A stretch of DNA of 64,000 bases from Patescibacteria group bacterium (GTDB lineage Bacteria; Patescibacteriota; Patescibacteriia; UBA9934). Each line of letters opens with the position of its first letter. The first letter of the stretch is position 1. Below, piece after piece: positions 19,958 through 28,454 of the stretch. The stretch covers positions 467,338 through 531,337 of the forward strand of contig JBAZXR010000001.1 of NCBI GenBank assembly GCA_041659765.1, read 5' to 3'. The notes under the pieces were generated by a model, which saw nothing but the letters and a program-made list of their open reading frames with translations, was not told the origin of the DNA and made no database searches. The translations under genes and the position numbers were made by a program.

Positions 19958-20773
19958 TTACTGATTAGTCGTGCAAAACGTCCCGTTTGTTGTTTCACCC
20001 CCAATATAAGACGGCGTGTACCAGATTCGAGCGATAACGCACGCATTGTCCTTCCACTCGAATGCGACAGGGCCAAGGCCTCCCGGAGAATTAGAATCCC
20101 CTTCCTGAATAAACGTGAAGCCTTGCGTGGTGAACGGCGTATTCATTTCGGAAAGCCTACCAATACTGTCCGTCGTACCAGTTAACAAATCGAAAATATA
20201 GAGGTCTGGAGCTGGTGTATCGCCCGTAGAACGCGAATCATCAAACGGGATGAAAGCGATCTTAGTTTGATCTGGAGATACTCTGACTTGAGAAGAAGCA
20301 AGATGCATGCCTGGTGCGAAGGCAATAACTTCCTGGGGTATAACATCACTCTTTGTGAGATCAATTGTGTATACCTTCACTGGATTAAAATCACTTCCTT
20401 CGCCAAGTAAATTGACGAATACTCGCCCGTCGTATCCGATCTGCGGAACAGCAACGAGCTCAACAAAGCTGTCTCCGCGGTCGAGAATTAGCTTCTTCTC
20501 ACCCGTTGTCCTATCAAGCTGATAGAGCTTATTTCCAAACGGAGCATCAGGATATGTTTTCTCTACAAACAACAATGGTGGAACTGCACCCTTGCCTGTC
20601 AGACCATCATCCCCATAGGGAATCGCCGTCTTCCCGGGGATTGCCGGTGCGCCAAGTTTCACCATGGCATAGCCGAGCGTAGCGGTTTCAACAACCATGA
20701 GCGCGACCAACATCATGATAATGATGGCGTGGGTTCCGTTCTTGTGGCCTGTGGCCATTGGCATTTCGGCCAT
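19958..20773 (-). CDS. Signal-anchored secreted protein, beta-propeller-like body (paralog A of cassette pair)
   Basis: MAEMPMATGHK...IIIMMLVALMVVETATLGYAMV anchor; N-terminal ~45 aa similar to 20904..21530 protein, rest unrelated. Confidence 0.6.
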   Translation of the reverse strand: MAEMPMATGHKNGTHAIIIMMLVALMVVETATLGYAMVKLGAPAIPGKTAIPYGDDGLTGKGAVPPLLFVEKTYPDAPFGNKLYQLDRTTGEKKLILDRGDSFVELVAVPQIGYDGRVFVNLLGEGSDFNPVKVYTIDLTKSDVIPQEVIAFAPGMHLASSQVRVSPDQTKIAFIPFDDSRSTGDTPAPDLYIFDLLTGTTDSIGRLSEMNTPFTTQGFTFIQEGDSNSPGGLGPVAFEWKDNACVIARIWYTPSYIGGETTNGTFCTTNQ

Positions 20774-20776
20774 ATA

Positions 20777-20794
20777 GAAGAAGAAGAAGAAGAA
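20777..20794. repeat. (GAA)6 / (TTC)6 trinucleotide repeat in 5'UTR of gene 19958..20773
   Basis: gaagaagaagaagaagaa, 3 nt upstream of the start codon and immediately after the mini-ORF stop; paralog B has an unrelated 13-nt spacer here. Confidence 0.7.
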
Positions 20795-20830
20795 TTACTT
20801 GTTCTCAGTATACATGAGCGCAACCTTAAA
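20795..20830 (-). promoter_or_regulatory. Conserved 5' module: extended -10 TGTATACT plus mini-ORF ATGTATACTGAGAACAAGTAA (MYTENK*)
   Basis: Near-identical to 21544-21580 (the C-terminal REFMYTENK* of cca); both are followed by a gene starting M[A/D]EM. Confidence 0.5.
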
Positions 20831-20832
20831 CG

Positions 20833-20867
20833 CCCCGCCGCCAGGATATTGGCGACGGAGCGTTTTT
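20833..20867 (-). repeat. Conserved 3' stem-loop element, copy 2
   Basis: ccccgccgccaggatattggcgacggagcgttttt, about 37 nt downstream of stop of gene 20904..21530. Confidence 0.6.
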
Positions 20868-20903
20868 AATGCGAGAGTAATTTCCTCTTCCCTGGACATG
20901 ATG

Positions 20904-21530
20904 CTATTTCGCCTTGAATGTTTTTATAATTGCGCTCGTTTCTGCAAGCATCTCAAACTGCTTTGGATCATCAATTCCTCCGCGGCCAGCGTTATCTCCG
21001 CCACCGACGTAGTAATAACTGAAGCCATTCTTTGAGGTAATGAACGTATTCGGGTAATCAATAATCATCGGATCCTTCGCGTAGGCGTCGGCAACCACCT
21101 GAATAGTGATGTATCGAGCAGGATCGTTCTCAGCCGTAAGAGTTGCCTGGTACGTCATCTGTGTGACCTCAGGAGAGTAGTCCTCCTTTTCATGGATCAT
21201 TCCCCAAGATGTGGGGAGCACAAGAGAAAAACTGTACACATCGCTGGTGTATTCAGTTCCCTGTGGCGTGATTCGAATATATGAGTGCAGACCGCGAGAT
21301 TCATCGCCGGTCAAGGTATCGATATTTGGCGGAGTGTCTGACGCTACAATCGGCGAAGTGGTCGTTGATGGAACAGTCTTTACGATACTGTTCTTTGCCG
21401 GCGCAGGCGTTGCTGCTGGCTTAGACACTATATAGCCGAGGGCTACCGCCTCGAGTACAACCAAAACCACTAGCATAAGGCTCACGAGCATCCAAGGGCT
21501 TCTGTGGTGCATTGAAGACATTTCGTCCAT
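20904..21530 (-). CDS. Signal-anchored secreted protein (paralog B of cassette pair)
   Basis: Start taken at MDEMSSMHHRSPWMLVSLMLVVLVVLEAVALGY, 13 nt after cca stop; track start 21578 would overlap cca. Confidence 0.6.
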   Translation of the reverse strand: MDEMSSMHHRSPWMLVSLMLVVLVVLEAVALGYIVSKPAATPAPAKNSIVKTVPSTTTSPIVASDTPPNIDTLTGDESRGLHSYIRITPQGTEYTSDVYSFSLVLPTSWGMIHEKEDYSPEVTQMTYQATLTAENDPARYITIQVVADAYAKDPMIIDYPNTFITSKNGFSYYYVGGGDNAGRGGIDDPKQFEMLAETSAIIKTFKAK

Positions 21531-21543
21531 ATAAGGATAAAAA

Positions 21544-22986
21544 TTATTTGTTCTCAGTATACATGAACTCCCGCACAAAAACGCGGGCGTCGTCTGGAGT
21601 TTCGAGCTGGCCTTCGTCGCGAGCTGACTCTACCGCCTTCATAACCTCGCCAATCTTCGGACCGGGGGTCATATTGAATTCGGCCATCAGTTCAGCGCCG
21701 GTGAGAAGCGGTATTTTAGCCGCGGATTCTAGGTCAAACTTTTTCACCGTTTCACGTAAGTACAAACCGGGCGTGTAGTCTACTTTAGCTGCGTCAGTCC
21801 CCCGTCCGCGAGTGTCAGACTCGGTCACCGCTAGGAAGGCCTCGAGCGAGGTACCGCCCAAGCGCTTGATTAACCGGCGCACGGCGTTGGCGTATTGTTT
21901 TTCATTGAGTTCGCCTTTTTGAAAAGAACGATAAAGCATGGTCGGCTTCAGGTGATCACGAACAATGGCGGCTACGTCATGGGTAACGTCATCGCCAAAG
22001 GTAAATTTCTGCAAGAAAGATTTAGTCAGCGAAACGCCAGCTTCTTCGTGACCCAGAGCGCGAATTTTACCGTCGATTGTTTTGGTAACCAGTGGTTTGC
22101 CGATGTCATGGCACACCGCCCCAAGCATCGCGATCGTGTCGTCGGGGTCAACCTTTACGTCGACCCTCCCCCGCACGATCCGCGCGCATTCGTCTACGGC
22201 GAGCAAGGTGTGAATCCAAACATCGCCCTCGGGGTGCCAGTCGGGCTCTTGGGGAGTGCCAATCATCGCGAACAACTCCGGGTAGTAGCGTTCAATGATG
22301 CCGAGGTCGCGCATGAGTGTGAAACCGATCGAAGGCTTTGGAGATTTGAGCAACAGCTTTTTCCATTCATCAGTGACACGTTCCTTCGAGAGTTCGCCGA
22401 GCGCCCCGTCTTCCACCATCTGCTTCATGAGCGCGAAGGTCTTTGGTTCGACCGAGAGACCGAACCGTGCCGCAAACTGCACGCCGCGAAAAACACGGAG
22501 AGGATCCTCAACAAATGTCTTCTCGTCGACGACACGCAAAAGTTTATTCGCGAGGTCAACACGTCCGCTGTACGGGTCGATCGTTTCGTTCGTCGACACA
22601 TCCATCGCAATCGCGTTGATGGTAAAGTCGCGCCGACGCAAGGCTGCCTCGACGGAGAGTGACGGGTCACCGATCACTTCGAACCCTTTGTGACCCTTCC
22701 CTGTTTTTGACTCTGTTCGAGGAATGGCCACATCGAGCATCCTCCCCTCATCGAGCGAAACTTTGTACACACCAAATGAGGCGCCGACAACATCAACTTG
22801 CGTAAAAAGTTCTCGCAAAATCTTTTCGAGCGCGTCCGGTTCGATCCCGTAGACCTCAACATCAGCATCTTTCGTCGGCACGCCGAGGAACAGGTCGCGA
22901 ACTGCCCCGCCAACCAAAAGAGCGCGCGGAACTTTCCCGGAGAGTGTAGAGACGGCGTCTTTTAGGATTTTATCTGATAGTTGCAT
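21544..22986 (-). CDS. cca: CCA-adding tRNA nucleotidyltransferase with HD domain
   Basis: LVGGAVRDLFLG...DADVEV polymerase-beta head; HDIGKP HD motif. Confidence 0.85.
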   Translation of the reverse strand: MQLSDKILKDAVSTLSGKVPRALLVGGAVRDLFLGVPTKDADVEVYGIEPDALEKILRELFTQVDVVGASFGVYKVSLDEGRMLDVAIPRTESKTGKGHKGFEVIGDPSLSVEAALRRRDFTINAIAMDVSTNETIDPYSGRVDLANKLLRVVDEKTFVEDPLRVFRGVQFAARFGLSVEPKTFALMKQMVEDGALGELSKERVTDEWKKLLLKSPKPSIGFTLMRDLGIIERYYPELFAMIGTPQEPDWHPEGDVWIHTLLAVDECARIVRGRVDVKVDPDDTIAMLGAVCHDIGKPLVTKTIDGKIRALGHEEAGVSLTKSFLQKFTFGDDVTHDVAAIVRDHLKPTMLYRSFQKGELNEKQYANAVRRLIKRLGGTSLEAFLAVTESDTRGRGTDAAKVDYTPGLYLRETVKKFDLESAAKIPLLTGAELMAEFNMTPGPKIGEVMKAVESARDEGQLETPDDARVFVREFMYTENK

Positions 22987-23083
22987 ATTCTGTCTCCACT
23001 CTGAGCCATGCGAAGAGTCCGACCCTCACCGGTGAAAGTCGGATCCTTCGCTCTCGCTCAGGATGGATGCGGGATCGTCGAGT

Positions 23084-24697
23084 CTATAGCAAGGGAGTAC
23101 CGGTCATGTCAGGCGGTTGCGGTATTCCAAGAATGGCAAGCATGGTTGGGGCAACGTCAGCGAGCATGCCAACGGGTGGCATAAGGGAGAGATCGCCATT
23201 AGGCACGTCACCGGCAATTGACTGTTTGCCCTCAAACTGATTGCCGATAATAAAGAACGGAACAGGATTTGTGCTGTGCTCTTTATCCATGGCGTGTGTC
23301 TGGAGGTTCAGCACTTCTTCCGCGTTGCCATGATCAGCCGTGATCAATAAGACGCCATCGTGCTTCAAAATGGTTTCCACTAGCCGGCCAACGCACGCGT
23401 CGACAGCTTCAACGGCCTTGATCGTCGCCTCTAAGTTACCCGTATGCCCCACCATGTCTGGGTTAGCAAAGTTACCAATAATGACGTCATAGTTTCCGCG
23501 CTCGATCTCCGCGATCACTCGGTCAGTCACGGCCACGGCACTCATTTCTGGCACGGCGTCATAACTCGCCACGTGAGGCGATGGAATAAGTGCGCGATCT
23601 TCGTTAGGAAAGGCTTCCTCCCGCGTACCGTTCATGAAGAAGGTAACGTGCGCGTATTTTTCTGTTTCGGCAATGTGAAGTTGAACGAGTCCAGCCTTAG
23701 AAATAGTCTCCGCCAGTGAATTCTCGATGACGATTGGCGGGAAGGCAACGTCTACCGGCAATCCCTTTTCATAATCAGTCATGGTGACAAAAACAAGATC
23801 CTTGATGTACTCACGCGTAAACTTTTCAAAAGTCGGCAACACAAAGGCCCGCGTTAGCTCACGTGAACGATCTGGGCGAAAATTAAAGAAGAGCACAGCA
23901 TCACCCATATTTACGGTCGCGACCGGTTTGTTACCTTTCACAATTACTGTGGGCGGGAATTCTTCATCGTAAACCTCTTTTGAATAACTGTCTTGAAGTG
24001 CAGCGAAAGGATCTTCAGAAGTTTTATCGGACTGGCCAAGGGCGATAGTGTTATAAGCCTTCTCTACGCGATCCCAACGGTTGTCACGATCCATAGCAAA
24101 GTATCGCCCCATAAGCGAGGCGATCTCGCCCACTCCGTACTCCTTCATCTTGGCATCCAAATTGCGGATGAAATCAATTCCTGAGTTATAAAGGGTGTCG
24201 CGACCATCAAGAATAGCGTGTACGGCAACTTTTTTGATGCCTGCTTCCTTACACATGCGCAAAAGCGCGTAACAATGATCATCGTACGAGTGGACTTTAC
24301 CACTCGAAACAAGACCGAGGAGATGCAGGGTGCCACCACTTGATTTCACTGTGGAGATCGCTTTGGCGAGTGCGGGGTTAGACGCAAACGAACCGTCTAC
24401 CACGGCCTTGTTAATTCTCGGTAAAGTTTGGTAATACACACGGCCCGCACCAATCGCCAAGTGGCCCACTTCCGAGTTCCCCATCTCGCCCCAAGAAAGT
24501 CCCACCTCCTCGCTCGAAGCCCGCAAGGTCATGACCGGGTAGCGGCTGGTCAGCATGTCAAATGTCGGTTTTTTGGCCCGAGTGATGGCGTTTCCTTCAG
24601 AATCCGGGGCAACGCCAAAACCATCAAGGACAAAAAGGACAGCTGGCCGCGGACGGCCACCGGGATTTGGTGAATCCATACCGAACCATTTTAGCAC
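23084..24697 (-). CDS. gpmI: 2,3-bisphosphoglycerate-independent phosphoglycerate mutase
   Basis: VLFVLDGFG, NSEVGHLAIGAGR, DHGN motifs; start may be internal M at 24679. Confidence 0.85.
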   Translation of the reverse strand: MLKWFGMDSPNPGGRPRPAVLFVLDGFGVAPDSEGNAITRAKKPTFDMLTSRYPVMTLRASSEEVGLSWGEMGNSEVGHLAIGAGRVYYQTLPRINKAVVDGSFASNPALAKAISTVKSSGGTLHLLGLVSSGKVHSYDDHCYALLRMCKEAGIKKVAVHAILDGRDTLYNSGIDFIRNLDAKMKEYGVGEIASLMGRYFAMDRDNRWDRVEKAYNTIALGQSDKTSEDPFAALQDSYSKEVYDEEFPPTVIVKGNKPVATVNMGDAVLFFNFRPDRSRELTRAFVLPTFEKFTREYIKDLVFVTMTDYEKGLPVDVAFPPIVIENSLAETISKAGLVQLHIAETEKYAHVTFFMNGTREEAFPNEDRALIPSPHVASYDAVPEMSAVAVTDRVIAEIERGNYDVIIGNFANPDMVGHTGNLEATIKAVEAVDACVGRLVETILKHDGVLLITADHGNAEEVLNLQTHAMDKEHSTNPVPFFIIGNQFEGKQSIAGDVPNGDLSLMPPVGMLADVAPTMLAILGIPQPPDMTGTPLL

Positions 24698-24706
24698 GAA
24701 AATATA

Positions 24707-25027
24707 CTACCTCCCAAGAGCCACTTCATTAGAAGAAATCTTCATGTACTTCACTTCTACTGGCTCAACCAGGCCCAAAAAAGCTTGCCGATCAGAAATG
24801 CTGGCGAGTGAACGCAAACGATCAATCTCTGTTAAAAGCCGATCGCTATCATGGGCGAGCGACTGGCGCTGATTTTCTAAATCGCGAATCGTGTAAGCTT
24901 TCATGGACGCCTCGTTCATTTGAAAAACATACAACAGTCCAAAAACCAGGGCGACTATGCCAAAAAGGGCCTGCAGCATCTTCTGCTTAGCGGCACTGCC
25001 CAAAAAATTGTTTCCTCCTTCTGACAT
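24707..25027 (-). CDS. ftsL: FtsL-like cell division protein (single TM + coiled coil)
   Basis: Position directly downstream of rsmH in the dcw order; TM LQALFGIVALVFGLLYVF followed by charged helical region. Call is position-based. Confidence 0.55.
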   Translation of the reverse strand: MSEGGNNFLGSAAKQKMLQALFGIVALVFGLLYVFQMNEASMKAYTIRDLENQRQSLAHDSDRLLTEIDRLRSLASISDRQAFLGLVEPVEVKYMKISSNEVALGR

Positions 25028-25041
25028 ATCCTCCGATATGG

Positions 25042-25890
25042 TTATGCACGCACCGCGATCCGCAATTTTGCACTGCGCGATCTTGGATTAGTTCGTATCT
25101 CTTCCTCGCTGGCCTCGATCGGCTTTTTGGTTGTGCCCTTCAAGACTGCGCTGTCCTTGAAAAAGTTTTTGACCATTCGGTCTTCCAGCGAGTGGAACGT
25201 GATGATGGCAATTCTGCCCCCCGGATTCAGTATCTGTTCAGCGGCTTTAAGTCCGCGCTCAAGCTCGCCAAGTTCATCATTGACCGCAATGCGCAAGGCT
25301 TGAAAAGTTCGAGTCGCCGGATGAATTTTACCGCGCCCCTTTGAGAGGCTGGCGATAAAATCCGCGAGTTCAAGCGTGGTCGCGAACTTCTTCTCTTTCC
25401 GTTTGTCCGTGATTGCCTTAGCTATCTGGTTCGCGAAAGGTTCCTCGCTATAGATCCGCAGCATCGCTGCAATCTCTTCGCGCGGTGCACCATTCACAAT
25501 GTCCGCGGCCGTCTCCCCCTTTGACGCGTCATAACGCATATCAAGCGGTCCGTCCTTCATGAAGGAAAACCCGCGCGTGGCGTCATCAACGTGCATGGAC
25601 GAGAAACCGAGGTCGAACAGAATGGCATCTGCCTTTTCCACGTGCGCCACCATGTTCCCGAAAGAATCATGGACATAGGTCACGCGGTCAGAGCTACCCT
25701 TCATGCCGTCACAAGCAATTTCGAGATTTCTTGCATCTCGATCAAAGCCGATGAGCCGGCCGCTTGGTGCGGTGGCTGCGAGCATGAGTGCGGCGTGCCC
25801 TCCTCCGCCAAGCGTGCCGTCAATGACGGTTTCGCCCGGCCGTAGCGCCAAGCCTTCTAATACCTCTTTCGCGAGAACGGGAATGTGCAT
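25042..25890 (-). CDS. rsmH: 16S rRNA (cytosine1402-N4)-methyltransferase RsmH (MraW)
   Basis: MHIPVLAKEVLEGL..., DGTLGGGGHA SAM motif. Confidence 0.9.
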   Translation of the reverse strand: MHIPVLAKEVLEGLALRPGETVIDGTLGGGGHAALMLAATAPSGRLIGFDRDARNLEIACDGMKGSSDRVTYVHDSFGNMVAHVEKADAILFDLGFSSMHVDDATRGFSFMKDGPLDMRYDASKGETAADIVNGAPREEIAAMLRIYSEEPFANQIAKAITDKRKEKKFATTLELADFIASLSKGRGKIHPATRTFQALRIAVNDELGELERGLKAAEQILNPGGRIAIITFHSLEDRMVKNFFKDSAVLKGTTKKPIEASEEEIRTNPRSRSAKLRIAVRA

Positions 25891-25923
25891 AAGGGCAAAA
25901 CGGGCTAGTGGGCAAAATGGGCA

Positions 25924-26349
25924 TTAAATTCCTCCCAATTGCTCTGCAATGGCGCCGGAATCGGCTTCGGCCTTCTTTGCGTATGCATTCCACGCATCCT
26001 CGTCCCAAATTTCCAAACGATTCTGAATACCGACCACGACCGCGTTCTTTTTTAGTCCGGCGAATGTCCGAAGATATTCGGGAACTACAAAGCGTCCGTG
26101 GCTATCTAACTCGACGTCCATTGCGCCTGCGAGCATAAAGCGCGCAAAAGCTCTAGAGTTGGCTTGTCCCAGGGGCAAACTAGCGATTTTTTCCGCCAGC
26201 TTTCCCCACTCTTCCAAGGGCAAGACAAACAGTGAAGTGTCGAGGCCTCGCGTCACCACCGCTCCTTGCGCTAAGGCCCCGCGAAACTTCACCGGAACGC
26301 TGAAGCGTCCCTTGTCGTCGATGGTGATGTGGTATTCGCCAATGAACAT
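25924..26349 (-). CDS. mraZ: Transcriptional regulator MraZ
   Basis: Two DXXXR repeats: ITIDDKGRFSVP and VELDSHGRFVVP. Confidence 0.9.
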   Translation of the reverse strand: MFIGEYHITIDDKGRFSVPVKFRGALAQGAVVTRGLDTSLFVLPLEEWGKLAEKIASLPLGQANSRAFARFMLAGAMDVELDSHGRFVVPEYLRTFAGLKKNAVVVGIQNRLEIWDEDAWNAYAKKAEADSGAIAEQLGGI

Positions 26350-26453
26350 AGCGGTGTGTGTTCCGTCACGAGCATTTGATGCCGAGAGGTGTTCAAATGT
26401 TCATGACGGGGGAAATTCCTCGAAGGGAGGCCTATAACAAACCAACGCACGAC

Positions 26454-26519
26454 CCCACTTCGTACTTGCTTCGGATGATACCATCCCACTTTAGCCCACT
26501 CAATGCCATTTCATCCCAC
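26454..26519 (-). promoter_or_regulatory. Putative MraZ operator: GTGGG direct repeats with 10-bp phasing upstream of mraZ
   Basis: On the mraZ (minus) strand, GTGGG at about 26519, 26499 and 26489 (phased 20 and 10 bp, with a degenerate TGGCA at the skipped position) plus one at 26458; 135-170 nt upstream of the mraZ ATG. Compares to the TGGGN x3 MraZ boxes known from E. coli and Mycoplasma. Confidence 0.4.
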
Positions 26520-26534
26520 TTGGGGATAACAAAT

Positions 26535-26599
26535 AGGGGTCGACGCATGGATCAACCCCTACCACGATCCGATGTAAGGGCGGACCCATGCGTCCGCCC
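26535..26599. repeat. Two interlocking palindromes sharing the core GACGCATGG / CCATGCGTC
   Basis: aggggTCGACGCATGGatcaacccct (6-bp stem) and gggcggaCCCATGCGTCcgccc (perfect 8-bp stem); the cores are mutual reverse complements, so alternative pairing is possible. Confidence 0.45.
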
Positions 26600-26601
26600 C
26601 T

Positions 26602-26629
26602 TTACGAAACTCCTGAAATATGCTATATA
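26602..26629 (+). promoter_or_regulatory. Promoter TTACGA-N17-TATATA for GC-rich ORF 26688
   Basis: ttacgaaactcctgaaatatgctatata; downstream part resembles the promoter at 31697 (tataNatagaNacgc). Confidence 0.4.
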
Positions 26630-26687
26630 AATAGACGCTTTCCATCCCAGAAAGCTAAAACTCCGCGCCCCGAGGTTCCCCTTGTCC

Positions 26688-27026
26688 ATGGACCGCTCCC
26701 CGCAAGAACCCGAGATCGCCAGAACGACCACCATCGTGCTGAGTGTATTCATCGGCATCCTGTTCATCACACTCTTCATCGGCATGACCATTCTGGCCAT
26801 GACCGGATGTGAGGCTTCGCCTACGCCGATTCCGTGCGTACCGCCGGCGATCGATCTGCACGAGGCCAAGTACCTGGCGCTGTGCGACGACTACAAGACC
26901 GCTGCCGGAGTGTCAGATCCGCTCACCGGCCAGGACTGCGAGGACTTCCTCCAAATGGCCTGGACCACGAGCGACGAGACCGTCAGTCCCGACTTCGCCC
27001 TGCCCGCGGATTGCCTGTCGGAGTAA
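26688..27026 (+). CDS. Hypothetical small membrane-anchored Cys-rich protein (GC3-rich, atypical composition)
   Basis: MDRSPQEPEIARTTTIVLSVFIGILFITLFIGMTILAMTGCEASP...; about 60% GC with strong G/C at third positions; GAGG 12 nt upstream; followed by twin terminators. Confidence 0.55.
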   Translation: MDRSPQEPEIARTTTIVLSVFIGILFITLFIGMTILAMTGCEASPTPIPCVPPAIDLHEAKYLALCDDYKTAAGVSDPLTGQDCEDFLQMAWTTSDETVSPDFALPADCLSE

Positions 27027-27033
27027 CAGAAAA

Positions 27034-27096
27034 GGGAGCGCAAGCTCCCCCGTCTAAGCCCCCACGCACACGTTATGCGCGGGGGTTTTGCTTTTT
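27034..27096. terminator. Twin convergent terminators (GNRA-loop hairpin + 10-bp GC hairpin with T-run)
   Basis: gggagc-gcaa-gctccc, then cccccacgca-cacgtta-tgcgcggggg-ttttgcttttt (terminates + ORF). On the minus strand the first hairpin is followed by ttttctgtt (terminates uvrC). The uvrC stop at 27073 lies inside the second hairpin loop. Confidence 0.65.
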
Positions 27097-28425
27097 AGGA
27101 ATGCCGGAACGTTGCGCCCGCAGCACTCGATGATAACTTCCTGCAAATCTATGCGCTTCGTCGCGAACTTTTTGAAGAGTTTCCTTAAAGGCTTCGGCAA
27201 CTCTTCGCAGATCAGCGTTTGATTGGTCGAAAACTAAACGATCCTGTTTACGATCAAAGCCTTTGGCGATACCAATAATCGGCACTTTGATCTCCATCTC
27301 GTCTAGCACTTCGCGGACTCGATTCACCTGACCCTCTCCCCCGTCGATAACCAGCAAGTCGGCCCGTGGCCAGTCGTCATGCGAGAACCGGCGGCGAATA
27401 ACTTCTTCCATGGCTCGCACATCGTCAGTGCCCTCGAAGCCCTTGATTCTGAACTTTCGATATTCGTCCTTCGCCGGCTTACCATTCTCGAACACGGTCA
27501 TCGCCGCGACGTTCGACGTTCCAGAAATGTGAGCAATGTCATACGCCTCAATTCTACCGAGAGCATTAATGTGACCCGTGTCAATGTCACGCAATGGCAA
27601 CGTCGACGGTTCATCTTCACGAGTGATTAGAGCGACGTCTTGAATGTGCTCGAGCGCAAACAATTCATCACGCAATTTTGCAGCGACCTCAAACTCGCCC
27701 TGCTTCGCCGCAACCTCCATCTCCTTTCGCATCGACTTCACTATTCGATCTTTCTTGCCCTCAAAAAATAACTGGAAATTCTTGATAATTTTTCTGTACG
27801 CCGTTTTATTGATCGCGCCCGTACATACGCCGGGACACTTTCCGATTTGTGCATCGAAACACGGCCGTGGCAAGGCGGGGTTAGTAACCCCGCCTTCCGA
27901 CGCGACCGGTGGTTCACACGTCGACCACGGCAGCGCTCGGCGAATGAGATTAAGCGCGGTGCGCAATGACCGACCGCTCACATACGGTCCGTACACAGCA
28001 ATAAACTTTCTCTTGGCGAGGGCTGACAATTTCCGCTCAAACGGCTTAATGCCAAGACGCTCGAGATCGAAGCCTCTCATCAAGACTGGCCGAGGAAACT
28101 CGTCGTTAGTCAAACACAAGTACAGAAAACTTTTGTCATCGAGCAACATCACGTTGTACGGTGGCTCGTTCGCTTTAATCTGGTTCGCTTCGAGCACGAG
28201 AGCCTCGATCACCGTCGGCGTCTGGATGTAATCGATCCGTCGAATTTTGCTCACGAGCTCGCCGATCCGGGCGTCATGGGCCTTCGTAAAATACGAACCA
28301 ACACGCTTCTTCAAGCTGGTTGCTTTCCCCACGTAAAGCAGTTTTCCCCCTTCGTCATAATGAAAATACACTCCCGGGGAATCCGGAAGCTCGCCGTGAA
28401 GGATTTTGACGTACTCGGGAATCAT
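27073..28425 (-). CDS. uvrC: Excinuclease ABC subunit C (short form)
   Basis: GIY-YIG N-terminal (GVYFHYDEGGKLLYVGKATSLKKRV), UvrBC domain, RNase H-like endonuclease domain. Confidence 0.8.
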   Translation of the reverse strand: MIPEYVKILHGELPDSPGVYFHYDEGGKLLYVGKATSLKKRVGSYFTKAHDARIGELVSKIRRIDYIQTPTVIEALVLEANQIKANEPPYNVMLLDDKSFLYLCLTNDEFPRPVLMRGFDLERLGIKPFERKLSALAKRKFIAVYGPYVSGRSLRTALNLIRRALPWSTCEPPVASEGGVTNPALPRPCFDAQIGKCPGVCTGAINKTAYRKIIKNFQLFFEGKKDRIVKSMRKEMEVAAKQGEFEVAAKLRDELFALEHIQDVALITREDEPSTLPLRDIDTGHINALGRIEAYDIAHISGTSNVAAMTVFENGKPAKDEYRKFRIKGFEGTDDVRAMEEVIRRRFSHDDWPRADLLVIDGGEGQVNRVREVLDEMEIKVPIIGIAKGFDRKQDRLVFDQSNADLRRVAEAFKETLQKVRDEAHRFAGSYHRVLRAQRSGIPKKQNPRA

Positions 28426-28454
28426 GTCTTCTTTTATAGCAGTTCTGCTATCAT

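Noticed and set aside
20777-20794. Possibility that the (GAA)6 tract or the 35-nt repeats are a CRISPR array
   Set aside because: Only two copies 900 bp apart flanking genes, no regular spacing, no cas genes. Interpreted as conserved cassette flanks and an SSR.
26578-26599. Perfect 8-bp GC hairpin as an intrinsic terminator
   Set aside because: No T-run on either strand (followed by ctttacg / cttacatcgg). Kept as a palindrome, not as a terminator.
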